From an uncultured Gammaproteobacteria bacterium (GTDB taxonomy: Bacteria > Pseudomonadota > Gammaproteobacteria > Steroidobacterales > Steroidobacteraceae): a stretch of 64,000 nt of DNA. The position numbers and the translations under genes are program-made. The DNA lies in assembly GCA_963774865.1 (NCBI GenBank), contig CAVZGU010000013.1, positions 11,894 through 75,893 on the forward strand, given 5' to 3'. Numbering within the stretch: the first letter of the stretch is position 1; each line of letters opens with the position of its first letter. Positions 52,107 to 61,691 of this stretch are shown piece after piece. Below the pieces are notes generated by a model. The model ran no database searches and had not been told where the DNA came from. It saw nothing but the letters and a program-made list of their open reading frames with translations.

Positions 52107-52340
52107 GTGGCCGCGCCGATGTACTCGATTCCCGGCGCACCTGCTCCTGCGTCGCCGGCCGATCAGCCGGCCGCTGCCGTGCAGAACGCATCGGACGCGC
52201 GCACCGTGAACGGCATACTGGCGCAGAGCCAGGTCGGTGCGGTCAGGGATGGGCTCGATCGCGATCTCATCGGGCTCGCGCCGGTCAAGAGCCGTATCCG
52301 CGCGAGCCGGGTTTTCGAGCTCGCCGCGGCTCAGAAGTAG
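52107..52340 (+). pseudogene. cbbX: CbbX (red-type RuBisCO activase) remnant: N-terminal ~60 aa joined in frame to a C-terminal tail; AAA+ module absent
   Basis: The 77-aa ORF contains [16 protein letters not shown] (remembered CbbX N-terminal motif LDRxLIGLxPVKxRIR) followed directly by [12 protein letters not shown], which resembles the remembered CbbX C-terminus ..IRASRVF... There is no Walker A or B. Confidence 0.5.
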
Positions 52341-52359
52341 ACCTGAAGGAGGCCAGACC

Positions 52360-53439
52360 ATGCACCTTGGACGCACGACGCTCTCGAAATTTCTGATCCA
52401 GCAGCTCAACGGCATCGAGGGCGCCACTGACTTGGGCGCGTTGCTCGTCGATGTGGCCGCAGCCGTCAAGGCGATTTCGGCGATGACCGCCAAAGGGGCG
52501 CTCGGCGACTTCCTCGGCGCGCAGGGCTCAAAGAACGTGCAGGGCGAGACCCAGCAAAAGCTCGATGTACTGGCGGATGAAGTGATGATTCACAGCTGCG
52601 ACTGGGGCGGGCTGGTCGCCGGTATGGCCACCGAGGAGCGCGATGATCCTTATCCGATCCCGAGCGAGTACACCCGCGGGCGCTATTTGCTGGTCTTCGA
52701 TCCGCTCGACGGTTCGTCGAACATCGACGTCAATGTCTCGGTCGGCACCATCTTCTCGGTGATGCGCCACAACAAGTCCGAGCCGCCCACCGTGGCCGAT
52801 TACCTGCAGCCCGGGCGGCAGCAAGTGGCCGCGGGCTATGCCCTGTACGGTCCCGCCACGATGCTGGTGATCACCGTCGGCAAAGGTACGCACGGCTTCA
52901 CGCTCGATCGGGAAATCGGCAACTTCATCCTGACACATGAGAATCTGCAGATCCCCGCCGAGACCAGCGAGTTTGCCATCAACACCAGCAACGCCCGGTT
53001 CTGGGAGCCGCCCGTGCACCGGTACGTGACCGAGTGCCAGGCCGGCAAGACCGGCGATCGCGGGCGCGATTTCAACATGCGTTGGATCGCCTCGATGGTC
53101 GCGGAGGTGCACCGGATTCTGATGCGCGGCGGCGTGTTCATGTACCCGAAGGACACGAAGGATAAGACCAAGCCGGGACGGCTGCGCCTGCTGTACGAAG
53201 CGAGCCCGGTCAGCATGCTCGTGGAGCAGGCCGGAGGCCGCGCCACGACGGGAAACCAGCGGGTGCTCGAGATCATGCCTGAGAGCCTGCATCAGCGCGT
53301 TCCGCTGATTCTGGGCTCGCGCAACGAAGTCGAGCGCATCGAGCGCTACCACGACGAGCATGCCAAGGGCACCGACCGTCCGTTTACCTCGCCGCTCTTC
53401 AACGAGCGCTCACTGTTCCGACCCGACACGCGAAACTGA
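52360..53439 (+). CDS. fbp: Fructose-1,6-/sedoheptulose-1,7-bisphosphatase, class 1 (CbbF-type)
   Basis: ATG at 52360 follows [61 protein letters not shown]. Confidence 0.9.
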   Translation: MHLGRTTLSKFLIQQLNGIEGATDLGALLVDVAAAVKAISAMTAKGALGDFLGAQGSKNVQGETQQKLDVLADEVMIHSCDWGGLVAGMATEERDDPYPIPSEYTRGRYLLVFDPLDGSSNIDVNVSVGTIFSVMRHNKSEPPTVADYLQPGRQQVAAGYALYGPATMLVITVGKGTHGFTLDREIGNFILTHENLQIPAETSEFAINTSNARFWEPPVHRYVTECQAGKTGDRGRDFNMRWIASMVAEVHRILMRGGVFMYPKDTKDKTKPGRLRLLYEASPVSMLVEQAGGRATTGNQRVLEIMPESLHQRVPLILGSRNEVERIERYHDEHAKGTDRPFTSPLFNERSLFRPDTRN

Positions 53440-53451
53440 GCGGGATATCTC

Positions 53452-54327
53452 ATGTCCACCAAGCACCCTGTAATTGCAGTGACCGGATCTTCCGGGGCCG
53501 GAACCACGACCGTGATGAAGGCCTTCGCGCACATCTTCCGGCGTGAAAACATCAAAGCCCAGGTGATCGAGGGCGATTCTTTCCACCGCTACAACCGCGT
53601 CGAGATGCGCGAGCGCGTGAAGGCGGCCGACAGCGGCGCGAGCCCACCGATCAGTCACTTCGGGCCCGAGGCGAATCTGCTGGGCGAGCTGGCCGACACC
53701 TTTGCGGAATACGGCGCGACCGGCCGCGGCAAGGTGCGCCGCTACGTCCACGACATCGCCGAGTCCAAAGAGCTCGGCAGCGAACCGGGAACATTCACGG
53801 ACTGGCAGGCCATGCGGACGGACAGCGATCTGCTGTTCTACGAAGGCCTGCACGGCGGGTATACCGGTGACGGGGCCGATGTGGCGCGCCACGTGGATCT
53901 GCTCGTCGGAGTCGTTCCCATCATCAATCTCGAGTGGATTCAGAAACTGCATCGCGACCGCAATCTGCGCGGCTACACCCAGGAAGCGGTGGTGGACACC
54001 ATTCTGCGGCGCATGCCCGACTACGTGAACCACATCTGCCCGCAATTCAGCCGCACGCACGTCAACTTCCAGCGCGTGCCCACGGTGGACACCAGCAACC
54101 CGTTCATCGCCAAGGATATCCCGAGCGCCGACGAGTCGATGGTCGTGATCCGCTTCGCGAATCCCAAGGGCATCGATTTTCCATATCTGCTGTCCATGCT
54201 GCGCAACTCGTGGATGAGCCGGCCCAACAACATCATCGTGCCCGGCGGTCAGATGGGCCTCGCGATGCAATTCATGTTCACGCCGATGATCCTGCGGCTG
54301 ATGGATCTGAAGAGGCGCGCGCAGTGA
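53452..54327 (+). CDS. prk: Phosphoribulokinase
   Basis: Intact 291-aa [41 protein letters not shown]. Confidence 0.9.
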   Translation: MSTKHPVIAVTGSSGAGTTTVMKAFAHIFRRENIKAQVIEGDSFHRYNRVEMRERVKAADSGASPPISHFGPEANLLGELADTFAEYGATGRGKVRRYVHDIAESKELGSEPGTFTDWQAMRTDSDLLFYEGLHGGYTGDGADVARHVDLLVGVVPIINLEWIQKLHRDRNLRGYTQEAVVDTILRRMPDYVNHICPQFSRTHVNFQRVPTVDTSNPFIAKDIPSADESMVVIRFANPKGIDFPYLLSMLRNSWMSRPNNIIVPGGQMGLAMQFMFTPMILRLMDLKRRAQ

Positions 54328-54355
54328 GGGGCTCCCAGGTAAGAGTGCATCCACG

Positions 54356-56387
54356 ATGAATGCCATAATCAAGCCCCTCCCCGTCGAGCGCAGCAAGCTG
54401 GCCAATGCGCTGCGCTTCCTGGCGATCGACGCCGTCGAGGCCGCGAAGAGCGGCCATCCCGGCATGCCCATGGGCATGGCCGAAATTGCCGAGGTGCTCT
54501 GGCGCCGATTTCTCAAGCACAATCCGGCGGACCCGCACTGGCCCGATCGCGATCGCTTCATGCTGTCCAATGGTCACGGCTCGATGCTGCTGTATGCGCT
54601 GCTGCACCTCACGGGCTACGCGCTGCCGCTGGAGGAGCTGAAGCGCTTTCGTCAGCTGCACAGCAAAACCCCCGGTCATCCCGAAGTGGACGTGACGCCG
54701 GGCGTGGAAACCACCACGGGCCCGCTCGGCCAGGGATTGGCGAATGCGGTCGGCATGGCTCTGTCCGAGCAATTGCTGGCGGCCCACTTCAACCGGCCCG
54801 AGCACACCATCGTCGATCATCGCACCTGGGTATTCGTCGGCGATGGATGCCTGATGGAGGGCATCAGCCACGAGGCCTGTTCACTGGCCGGCACGCTGGG
54901 GACTGTCGAAGCTGATTGCCGTCTACGACGACAACGGCATCAGCATCGATGGGCACGTGGAGCATTGGTTCACCGACGATACGCCCAAGCGCTTCGAGGC
55001 GTACGGCTGGCGCGTCATCCGCAACGTCGATGGCCACGACACGGCGGCCGTCGAGGCCGCTTTGAAGAAGGCGTGCAAGCCGGGCGGCCAGCCGACCCTG
55101 GTGTGCTGCAAGACCGTCATCGGCAAGGGAAGCCCGAACAAGGCCGGCACGCACGATGTGCACGGTGCCGCGCTGGGCGCTGCCGAGGCCGCCGCGACCC
55201 GCGCGGCGCTCGGCTGGACGGCCGGGCCATTCGAGATCCCGGAGGAGATTCGCGACGCATGGGATGGCCGCGCGATTGGCGCCAAGCGGCAAGCCGACTG
55301 GCAGCGCCGCTTCGCGGCTTACGCGCAGGCGCACCCCGGTCTCGCCGCCGAGTTCGAACGTCGCGTGTCGTCGCGCCAGTTGCCTGCCGGCTGGCCGACT
55401 GCGACCACAGAAGCGCTCGCCAAGGTGGTCGCGAGCCGCGCCGGCGTGGCATCACGCAAGGCCTCGCAGAACGCGCTCGAGGCCCTGCAGCCGCTGCTGC
55501 CCGAGCTGCTGGGCGGCTCGGCTGACTTGGGCGGGTCGAATCTCACCGAAGTCAAGGGCAGCGTTCCGGTGCGCGGCGATCATTGGGGCAACTACATCAA
55601 CTACGGTGTGCGCGAGTTCGGCATGAGTGCCGTGATGAACGGGATCGCATTGCACGGGGGGTTCATCCCCTACGGCGGAACCTTTCTCACGTTTTCCGAT
55701 TACAGCCGCAACGCCGTGCGCATGTCCGCGCTGATGCGCAAGCGCGTCATCTATGTGTTCACCCACGACAGTATCGGGCTCGGCGAAGACGGTCCGACGC
55801 ATCAGCCGATCGAGCATGTTTCCAGCCTGCGATTGATCCCCCACAACGCCGTGTGGCGGCCTTGCGATGCCGCGGAGACCATGATTGCGTGGATTGCGGC
55901 CATCGAACGGCGCGACGGCCCGACGTGCCTGATCCTGTCGCGGCAAAACCTGCCGCACTTCGATCGTCAAGCGCAGCAGATCAGCGATATCCGCAAAGGC
56001 GGGTATGTGTTGGCCGACGGTGAGGGCGCCGCCGTGACGCTGCTCGCCACCGGTTCGGAAGTGGCGCTGGCCATGCAGGCACGCGATGCGCTGGCCGCGG
56101 AGGGAATATCCGCCCGTGTCGTCTCGATGCCGAGCTGCGATGAGTTTGACCGGCAGAGCGCCGAGTACCGGGCGAGCGTGCTGCCGCGCGCAGTGCCGGT
56201 GCTCGCCATCGAGGCGGGCGTCACAGCGCCTTGGCGCGCCTATACCGGCTTCGACGGCGACGTAATCGGCATCGATCGATTTGGCGAATCCGCGCCGGCC
56301 GCACACGTTGCCGAGGCGCTCGGCTTGACAGTGCAGGCGGTTACCGCGCGTGCGCGACGGCTCGCGCAAAGCGCGCGGCGGCAATGA
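54356..56387 (+). pseudogene. tkt: Transketolase, single frame change at the G4 run 54898-54901
   Basis: N-terminal part ...[20 protein letters not shown]...[21 protein letters not shown]. It continues as [23 protein letters not shown] in the frame of ORF 54957..56387. G3 instead of G4 would restore [16 protein letters not shown]. Confidence 0.9.
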
Positions 56388-56416
56388 TTCAATAGACGAC
56401 CCATCAGGAGCATCCA

Positions 56417-57454
56417 ATGGCCCTCATATCCCTACGCCAACTGCTGGATCACGCCGCTGAACACAGCTATGGCGTGCCCGCATTCAACGTGAACAACCTC
56501 GAGCAGATCCAAGCCATCATGGAAGCGGCGGAAGAGGCCCGCAGCCCGGTGATCCTGCAGGCCTCGGCCGGAGCCCGCAAGTACGCGGGGGAGCCCTACC
56601 TGCGCCACATGGTGCTGGCGGCGGTCGAATCCTGTCCAAGCATCCCGGTGGTCCTGCACCAGGACCATGGCGCCAGCCCGGCCGTGTGCATGCAGTCCCT
56701 TCGCTCCGGATTCACGAGCGTCATGATGGACGGGTCGCTGAAGGAAGATGCGAAGACGCCGGCCAGCTACGAGTACAACGTCGATGTGACGCGCCGCGTA
56801 TGCGAGATGTCGCATTGCATCGGGGTCTCGGTCGAGGGAGAACTGGGCTGCCTCGGATCGCTGGAAACCGGCGAGGCCGGCGAGGAGGACGGCGTGGGAG
56901 CGGTAGGCAAGCTCACGCATGACATGATGCTCACCGATCCGGCCCAGGCCAAGGACTTCGTGGCGCGCACCGCGGTCGATGCGCTGGCGATCGCCATCGG
57001 CACGAGCCACGGCGCCTACAAGTTCACGCGCCAACCCTCGGGCGACATCCTGGACATCGACCGGATCGCGAAGATCCATAAAGCGGTGCCCAACACCCAT
57101 CTGGTGATGCACGGCTCCTCGAGCGTGCCGCAGGAATGGCTGGCCATCATTCGCGAACACGGCGGCGACATCAAGGAGACTTACGGGGTACCGGTGGAGG
57201 AGATCCAGCGCGGCATCCGCAGCGGCGTGCGCAAGGTGAACATCGATACCGACATCCGCCTTGCGATGACCGGCGCGATGCGCCAGGCGTTCGACAAAGA
57301 CCCCAGCGAGTTCGATCCGCGCAAGTCGCTGATTGCGGCCAAAAAGGCCGCGCGCGCGGTGGTCAAAGCGCGCTTCGAGGCCTTCGGGTGTGCCGGGCAG
57401 GCCGACCGCATCCAGCCCGTCCCGCTCGAGATGATGGTCAAGCGCTACAACTGA
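56417..57454 (+). CDS. fba: Fructose-bisphosphate aldolase, class II (Calvin-cycle subtype)
   Basis: Intact 345-aa [57 protein letters not shown]. Confidence 0.9.
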   Translation: MALISLRQLLDHAAEHSYGVPAFNVNNLEQIQAIMEAAEEARSPVILQASAGARKYAGEPYLRHMVLAAVESCPSIPVVLHQDHGASPAVCMQSLRSGFTSVMMDGSLKEDAKTPASYEYNVDVTRRVCEMSHCIGVSVEGELGCLGSLETGEAGEEDGVGAVGKLTHDMMLTDPAQAKDFVARTAVDALAIAIGTSHGAYKFTRQPSGDILDIDRIAKIHKAVPNTHLVMHGSSSVPQEWLAIIREHGGDIKETYGVPVEEIQRGIRSGVRKVNIDTDIRLAMTGAMRQAFDKDPSEFDPRKSLIAAKKAARAVVKARFEAFGCAGQADRIQPVPLEMMVKRYN

Positions 57455-57462
57455 AGCGGCGC

Positions 57463-58224
57463 TTGCTCAGGGCGATTCTTTGGGACGTCGACGGCACTCT
57501 GGCGGAGACGGAGCGCGATGGTCATCTGGTTGCCTTCAACCAGGCTTTCGCGGCACTGAATGTGCCGTGGCGCTGGAGCGAGGAGCGGTATGGAGAACTG
57601 TTGGCCGTGACGGGCGGCCGTGAGCGCCTGCTGCACGACATGCAAAGTCAGGACCGTGCGCCCGCCGATCTTGAGGAGCGCCGGAGTTTGGCCGAGCGGG
57701 TGCATCGCCTCAAAAACGAGCTTTACGCCCGAATCGTTGCCAGCGGCGAGCTGCCGCTGCGCGAAGGGGTTCGAGACTTGCTGGCGGACTGCGAACGCGC
57801 GGGGGTTCCAATGGGTATCGTGACGACCACGAGCCGCTCGAACGTGGAGGCGCTGCTCGAGACCCATCTCGGCAAGGACTGGGAATCGGCGTTCGCGACG
57901 GTCGTGTGTGCCGAAGAGGCGCCGAGAAAAAAGCCCGATCCGCAAGCGTACCATCTCGCCCTCGAAGCGCTGCAGGTGCCCTCGCAGCGGGCCGTGGCGA
58001 TGGAGGATTCGCCGGCGGGCGCGTCCGCCGCGCAGGCCGCCCGCGTGCCTGTGATCGTTTCCCGCAGCTATTACTTCGCCGCGGCCGAGTGCCGCAGCGC
58101 GCTCGCCGTCGGCCCGTCGCTGGGCCGAACGGAGGGCTGGAATCCGCCAGCGGACGCGTACTCCAAGCGCATCGGTCTGGATCAAATCAGCCGCTGGTAC
58201 GCGCGAAGCGCGTGGGTGCAGTGA
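57463..58224 (+). CDS. cbbY: HAD-superfamily phosphatase, CbbY-like
   Basis: AILWDVDGTLAETERDGHLVAFNQAFAALNVPWRWSEERYGELLAVTGGRERL is typical of CbbY. The start is uncertain: TTG 57463 or CTG 57451, with no ATG in frame. Confidence 0.7.
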   Translation: MLRAILWDVDGTLAETERDGHLVAFNQAFAALNVPWRWSEERYGELLAVTGGRERLLHDMQSQDRAPADLEERRSLAERVHRLKNELYARIVASGELPLREGVRDLLADCERAGVPMGIVTTTSRSNVEALLETHLGKDWESAFATVVCAEEAPRKKPDPQAYHLALEALQVPSQRAVAMEDSPAGASAAQAARVPVIVSRSYYFAAAECRSALAVGPSLGRTEGWNPPADAYSKRIGLDQISRWYARSAWVQ

Positions 58225-58236
58225 GCGGCCCCGTGC

Positions 58237-58407
58237 TCAACCGGGATCGTCCGGTGCTCGAGGCGGGCTCGGCGGAGGATCAGCGGGCTTGGCGGGTTGC
58301 TGCGGCACAAGATCCTCTTTCTTTTTCTTGTCGGCAGGCTTTGGAGCGGCCAGGGCAACGAAGAGGATGGCCAGTACAAACAGTATGACACTGATCGTTT
58401 CAATCAT
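58237..58407 (-). CDS. 56-aa single-pass membrane micro-protein with a Pro/Lys-rich tail
   Basis: ATG at 58407 is preceded by AAAGGA 7 nt upstream. Translation MIETISVILFVLAILFVALAAPKPADKKKKEDLVPQQPAKPADPPPSPPRAPDDPG. It is below the ORF-track cut-off. It lies divergent from the cytochrome cluster. Confidence 0.4.
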   Translation of the reverse strand: MIETISVILFVLAILFVALAAPKPADKKKKEDLVPQQPAKPADPPPSPPRAPDDPG

Positions 58408-58695
58408 GCGTATCCTTTCTCATTCGCAACACTGCGAGGAGTTCGCGGCGCGATGAGGGCGCGCTCTGGATATGAGCGTTCATCCGTAGTAGAGTTCCTG
58501 AGCTTTTGAAGGTGCGAACATTTGCGGCAATTGGGTACGTCGGCCTTGTTGCCATGTGGCCACTTCGCTCATCTCCTCTGAGGTGACGTTGGACGCCCTA
58601 GTTATAATGGCGATGGCGGCGCTGCGAGGCAAGGTGTGAGCGGTAACGTTGGATCGCAGCCACGTTGCCTCAAAAAGGAAGGGGGGTCTTTATTT

Positions 58696-59445
58696 ATGCG
58701 TTCATTCCTCGGTGGGTCCATCGTCGCTTCGCTGCTGGCGGGCGTCGCAGTGCTGTTTTCCTTCAATGCGCTTGCCATGGAGATGCCCGGCTTGCCCGAC
58801 GCGAACATTGCCAATGGCAAGAAGATTTTCAATGAGGGCAAGGGCGACACGGTACCCGCCTGCATGACCTGTCATGGAGCCGGCGGCTGGGGTATGGACG
58901 CCATGGGGGCCCCCCGTCTGGCGGGTATCGGCTATCCTTACGTGGTCAAGCAATTGTCCGATCTGGCGAGCGGCAAGCGCACGCCTGCGGGGGCCGGCGC
59001 CGTCATGGTGGTATTTGCCGGTGGGTTGACCGAGCAGGAGCGGCGCGATGTGGCCGGCTATGTCGACACGCTGGGCGGCCCGCCGGATTTGTCCGATCTC
59101 AAAGCACTGAAGGAGTCCGGGACGGCAATCGGCGAGAGATACCTTGGTGAGGCCATTGTAAAATATGGGGTTTATGGCAAGGTGTCGGCCTGCTCTTCGT
59201 GCCATGGCTTTAACGGTCGCGGAGCGGCGCCGCTGTTTCCGGTGATCGGGGAGCAGAAGTACACGTATCTCGTGACGCAGCTGAACTCCTGGCGCGACGA
59301 AAGCCGCACCAATGATCCCTACGCCATGATGCGCAAGATGGCGCATAATTTGACTGATGCGGATATCGCCAACGTCGCCACCTTTCTGGCATCGGCGCCG
59401 CCCACTACGAGCGGGAATACCATGATTCCGGTAACTGATGAATGA
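58696..59445 (+). CDS. Dihaem c-type cytochrome (c4-like), secreted
   Basis: ATG at 58696 follows AAGGAAGGGGGG. A signal peptide and two haem motifs, CMTCH and CSSCH, in two similar halves. Confidence 0.8.
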   Translation: MRSFLGGSIVASLLAGVAVLFSFNALAMEMPGLPDANIANGKKIFNEGKGDTVPACMTCHGAGGWGMDAMGAPRLAGIGYPYVVKQLSDLASGKRTPAGAGAVMVVFAGGLTEQERRDVAGYVDTLGGPPDLSDLKALKESGTAIGERYLGEAIVKYGVYGKVSACSSCHGFNGRGAAPLFPVIGEQKYTYLVTQLNSWRDESRTNDPYAMMRKMAHNLTDADIANVATFLASAPPTTSGNTMIPVTDE

Positions 59446-59517
59446 TCGATCGCTTGCACTTCACCGCAGCGTCCGACATCGGGAGAATCATCGGGTAGCG
59501 ACCGCGGACGATCGTCC

Positions 59518-60096
59518 ATGAAGAACAGCGGCCTGCGATTGGGCGAAAAGGTGCTGTTCGGCATTGCCGCGGCTTTCGTGCTGGTTGCGGTCATGAGCTT
59601 CATTGCCATGGAGGTCTACCGCGTGCACTCCGGCAAGAAGATGTATGCGTCGAGCACGCATTTCGACTTTTCGCAGGAAGGGCTCGTTGGGTCGGAGCGC
59701 TTCCGCGATCTGGGCTGCACCAGCTGTCATCGCGCGGTGCGCAACGGCACCAACAACGGGGTGAACCTGGACGGCATCGGTTCCAAGCGCAGTCTGGATT
59801 ATCTGATCGCCTTCCTGCATAAGCCGGAGGCCACCTACGGGTCCCCAACGATGGACCATGGCCCCGACAAGGGCGCGGCCTATGTCGCAAGTTTGCCGGA
59901 GCAGGACCTGCATTCCCTGGCCGTTTTTCTCTCGGAGTTGAAGGCGACCCAAGGATCGCCCGATGCGCGCCTGCCGTCGGAGGGGCGCTCCGGCTTCATC
60001 GATGAAATGGTGAAGATTTGGGCGCCGTCCACATGGAAGTCGCAATACCATGATGTGCGAGAGGAAGGTAAACCCGGGAGCAGCGCAAATCGATAG
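59518..60096 (+). CDS. Membrane-anchored monohaem c-type cytochrome (FixO/CcoO- or NorC-like layout)
   Basis: One N-terminal TM helix (VLFGIAAAFVLVAVMSFIAM), then GCTSCH about 45 aa later, then NLDGIGSKRSLDYLIAFLHKPEATYGSPTMD. This resembles the remembered CcoO pattern (CxxCH ... L..vG.r.s..w...hl.nP......S.MP). Confidence 0.65.
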   Translation: MKNSGLRLGEKVLFGIAAAFVLVAVMSFIAMEVYRVHSGKKMYASSTHFDFSQEGLVGSERFRDLGCTSCHRAVRNGTNNGVNLDGIGSKRSLDYLIAFLHKPEATYGSPTMDHGPDKGAAYVASLPEQDLHSLAVFLSELKATQGSPDARLPSEGRSGFIDEMVKIWAPSTWKSQYHDVREEGKPGSSANR

Positions 60097-60097
60097 C

Positions 60098-60607
60098 GTG
60101 ACCGAAACACCCGCATCCCCGCCCGGGATCGACGACCGCGAATACACGCGCATGACACTGCTGTTCGTTTATGCATGCATCGTGTACTCCATCATCGGCT
60201 TTTCATGGGGGGCCGTGATGGGAGGCGTCCCGGTGCTGCGCATGTTCGTCGATACGGCGCCCCACGGGCACTTGATCTTGCTGGCGCATGGACACATCAA
60301 CCTCCTGGGCTGGGTTGAAATGGCCATTTTCGGCTCAATTTATTATTTCATTCCGCGCCTTGTGAAGCGTCCGATCTACAGCCTGCGCCTGGTCAAGGTT
60401 CACTTCTGGATGCACAACATCGGGCTCGTCTCGATGGTTGTTCTGTTCACACTGGCAGGCGTCATCGGCGGCTATGATCCGGGTCCGCAGGTTGAGCGCA
60501 CCGTTTCACACCTGATGGCCGCGGTCGGCTCCTTCGGTATGCTCGTGCTGCTGGCGAATATCATTTGGGGATACAACATCTACATGACGAGCCGAGGGAA
60601 TACGTGA
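60098..60607 (+). CDS. 4-TM membrane protein resembling one third of a cbb3-type haem-copper oxidase subunit I (paralogue 1)
   Basis: ORF 60050..60607. Likely starts are GTG 60098 (2 nt after the upstream TAG) or ATG 60152. Four hydrophobic helices. Core LAHGHINLLGWVEMAIFGSIYYFIPRLVKRPIYSLRLVKVHFW (60281-60409). The stop overlaps the next start (GTGA). Confidence 0.6.
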   Translation: MTETPASPPGIDDREYTRMTLLFVYACIVYSIIGFSWGAVMGGVPVLRMFVDTAPHGHLILLAHGHINLLGWVEMAIFGSIYYFIPRLVKRPIYSLRLVKVHFWMHNIGLVSMVVLFTLAGVIGGYDPGPQVERTVSHLMAAVGSFGMLVLLANIIWGYNIYMTSRGNT

Positions 60608-61119
60608 GACCCTTGCAGGCCGCACGGGTACTGGCGGCGGTCCTGACGCTGATGGCGCTGAGCGCCTGCGACAGTCGCGCGCAGCAGTCCCACAATGCTT
60701 CGCTCGCCCTGCAGATCGGCGAGCCGGCACCGCGGGTGCACACGAAGACTCTGAACGATGTCGGCGGGGATGTTTCCCGCATTACCACGTATCGCCAGCC
60801 GGACGAGCGGATGTATCAATATTCCGTGGACCAGGCGCTCGTCAGCGGCAAGCCGGTCTTGCTTGAATTCGCCACGCCGGCGCACTGCACTCCCTGTGAT
60901 CGGCAGCTGCAGATGATCAAGTCGCTGTTGCAGAAGTACCAGGGGAAGATGATTTTCATCCACATGGATCAATACGACAATCCGGAAGCCTACAAGGCGT
61001 ACCATGTGCCCGGCGACCCGTGGACATTCGTCATCGACCGCCGGGGCGTCGTACGCTTTGAGCAAGCCGGCTCGATGCTGTACGGCGAGATCGAAGATGC
61101 CATCCAGAGTGCGCTCTAG
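60604..61119 (+). CDS. Thioredoxin-fold lipoprotein (TlpA/ResA-like thiol:disulfide oxidoreductase)
   Basis: GTG at 60604 gives VRPLQAARVLAAVLTLMALSACDS (lipobox LSAC). Active-site-like VLLEFATPAHCTPCDRQ (CxxC). Confidence 0.65.
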   Translation: MRPLQAARVLAAVLTLMALSACDSRAQQSHNASLALQIGEPAPRVHTKTLNDVGGDVSRITTYRQPDERMYQYSVDQALVSGKPVLLEFATPAHCTPCDRQLQMIKSLLQKYQGKMIFIHMDQYDNPEAYKAYHVPGDPWTFVIDRRGVVRFEQAGSMLYGEIEDAIQSAL

Positions 61120-61136
61120 CCCTTAGGTGCCGGCGC

Positions 61137-61622
61137 ATGAGCGTTGGAAGACCCTTGAGCGTTGGAACACGCTACACGCTGAGCCGTGATTATCGGGGGA
61201 TGTACTGGGATGCGCTGCTGTATGTGCCCACCGTTTCGGCGCTGGCGGTTTTTGCCACCAGCAGCTGGTACGACGGCAAGACCCCGGTGGCGTACTTGCT
61301 CGGCTTCCTGGCGTGTTTCTTTCTAATCGCGGGAGCCAATCGCATCCTGACGACGCGTCTGATGTGGCTGCCCTCCGCACCGGTCGCCATCGAGACGCGG
61401 GCCAACGCCGCCGACTTGATCCTGAAGAGCGGTGAGGTCATAAAATTGCAGCGCGACGTGAAATTGTACCGGGATCGAGCGGGCCGATCGTTCGGCCTGA
61501 CGGGAGTGAGCGAGGACGGGACGCGCCGCCAGTTCGTTTTCCATCGCGGGCAATTCAAACAGGACAGCGATTTTCAAGCGGTGATGAATTGCTACGACCG
61601 CGCTCAAGCTGGCAAGGCATAG
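61137..61622 (+). CDS. Hypothetical membrane protein (2 TM plus a soluble C-terminal domain)
   Basis: Intact 161-aa ORF. Hydrophobic stretches LLYVPTVSALAVFATSSW and VAYLLGFLACFFLIAGA. No known motif. Confidence 0.45.
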   Translation: MSVGRPLSVGTRYTLSRDYRGMYWDALLYVPTVSALAVFATSSWYDGKTPVAYLLGFLACFFLIAGANRILTTRLMWLPSAPVAIETRANAADLILKSGEVIKLQRDVKLYRDRAGRSFGLTGVSEDGTRRQFVFHRGQFKQDSDFQAVMNCYDRAQAGKA

Positions 61623-61691
61623 ATCATTAAACTGCGCGCACTGCTTTTCAACTCCCGCGGCGGCCTGCTGCTGCTGCTGCCGTGGGCCATT

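Noticed and set aside
58603-58608. Perfect TATAAT in the divergent spacer upstream of the cytochrome cluster
   Set aside because: The best -35 candidates at 16-18 bp spacing match TTGACA at only 2-3 positions. It is plausible as a promoter but not supportable from sequence alone.
61668-61682. (CTG)5 and a second CTG run at ~62626-62643 as possible microsatellites or repeat elements
   Set aside because: They simply encode poly-Leu stretches inside TM helices of the membrane protein. There is no array structure.
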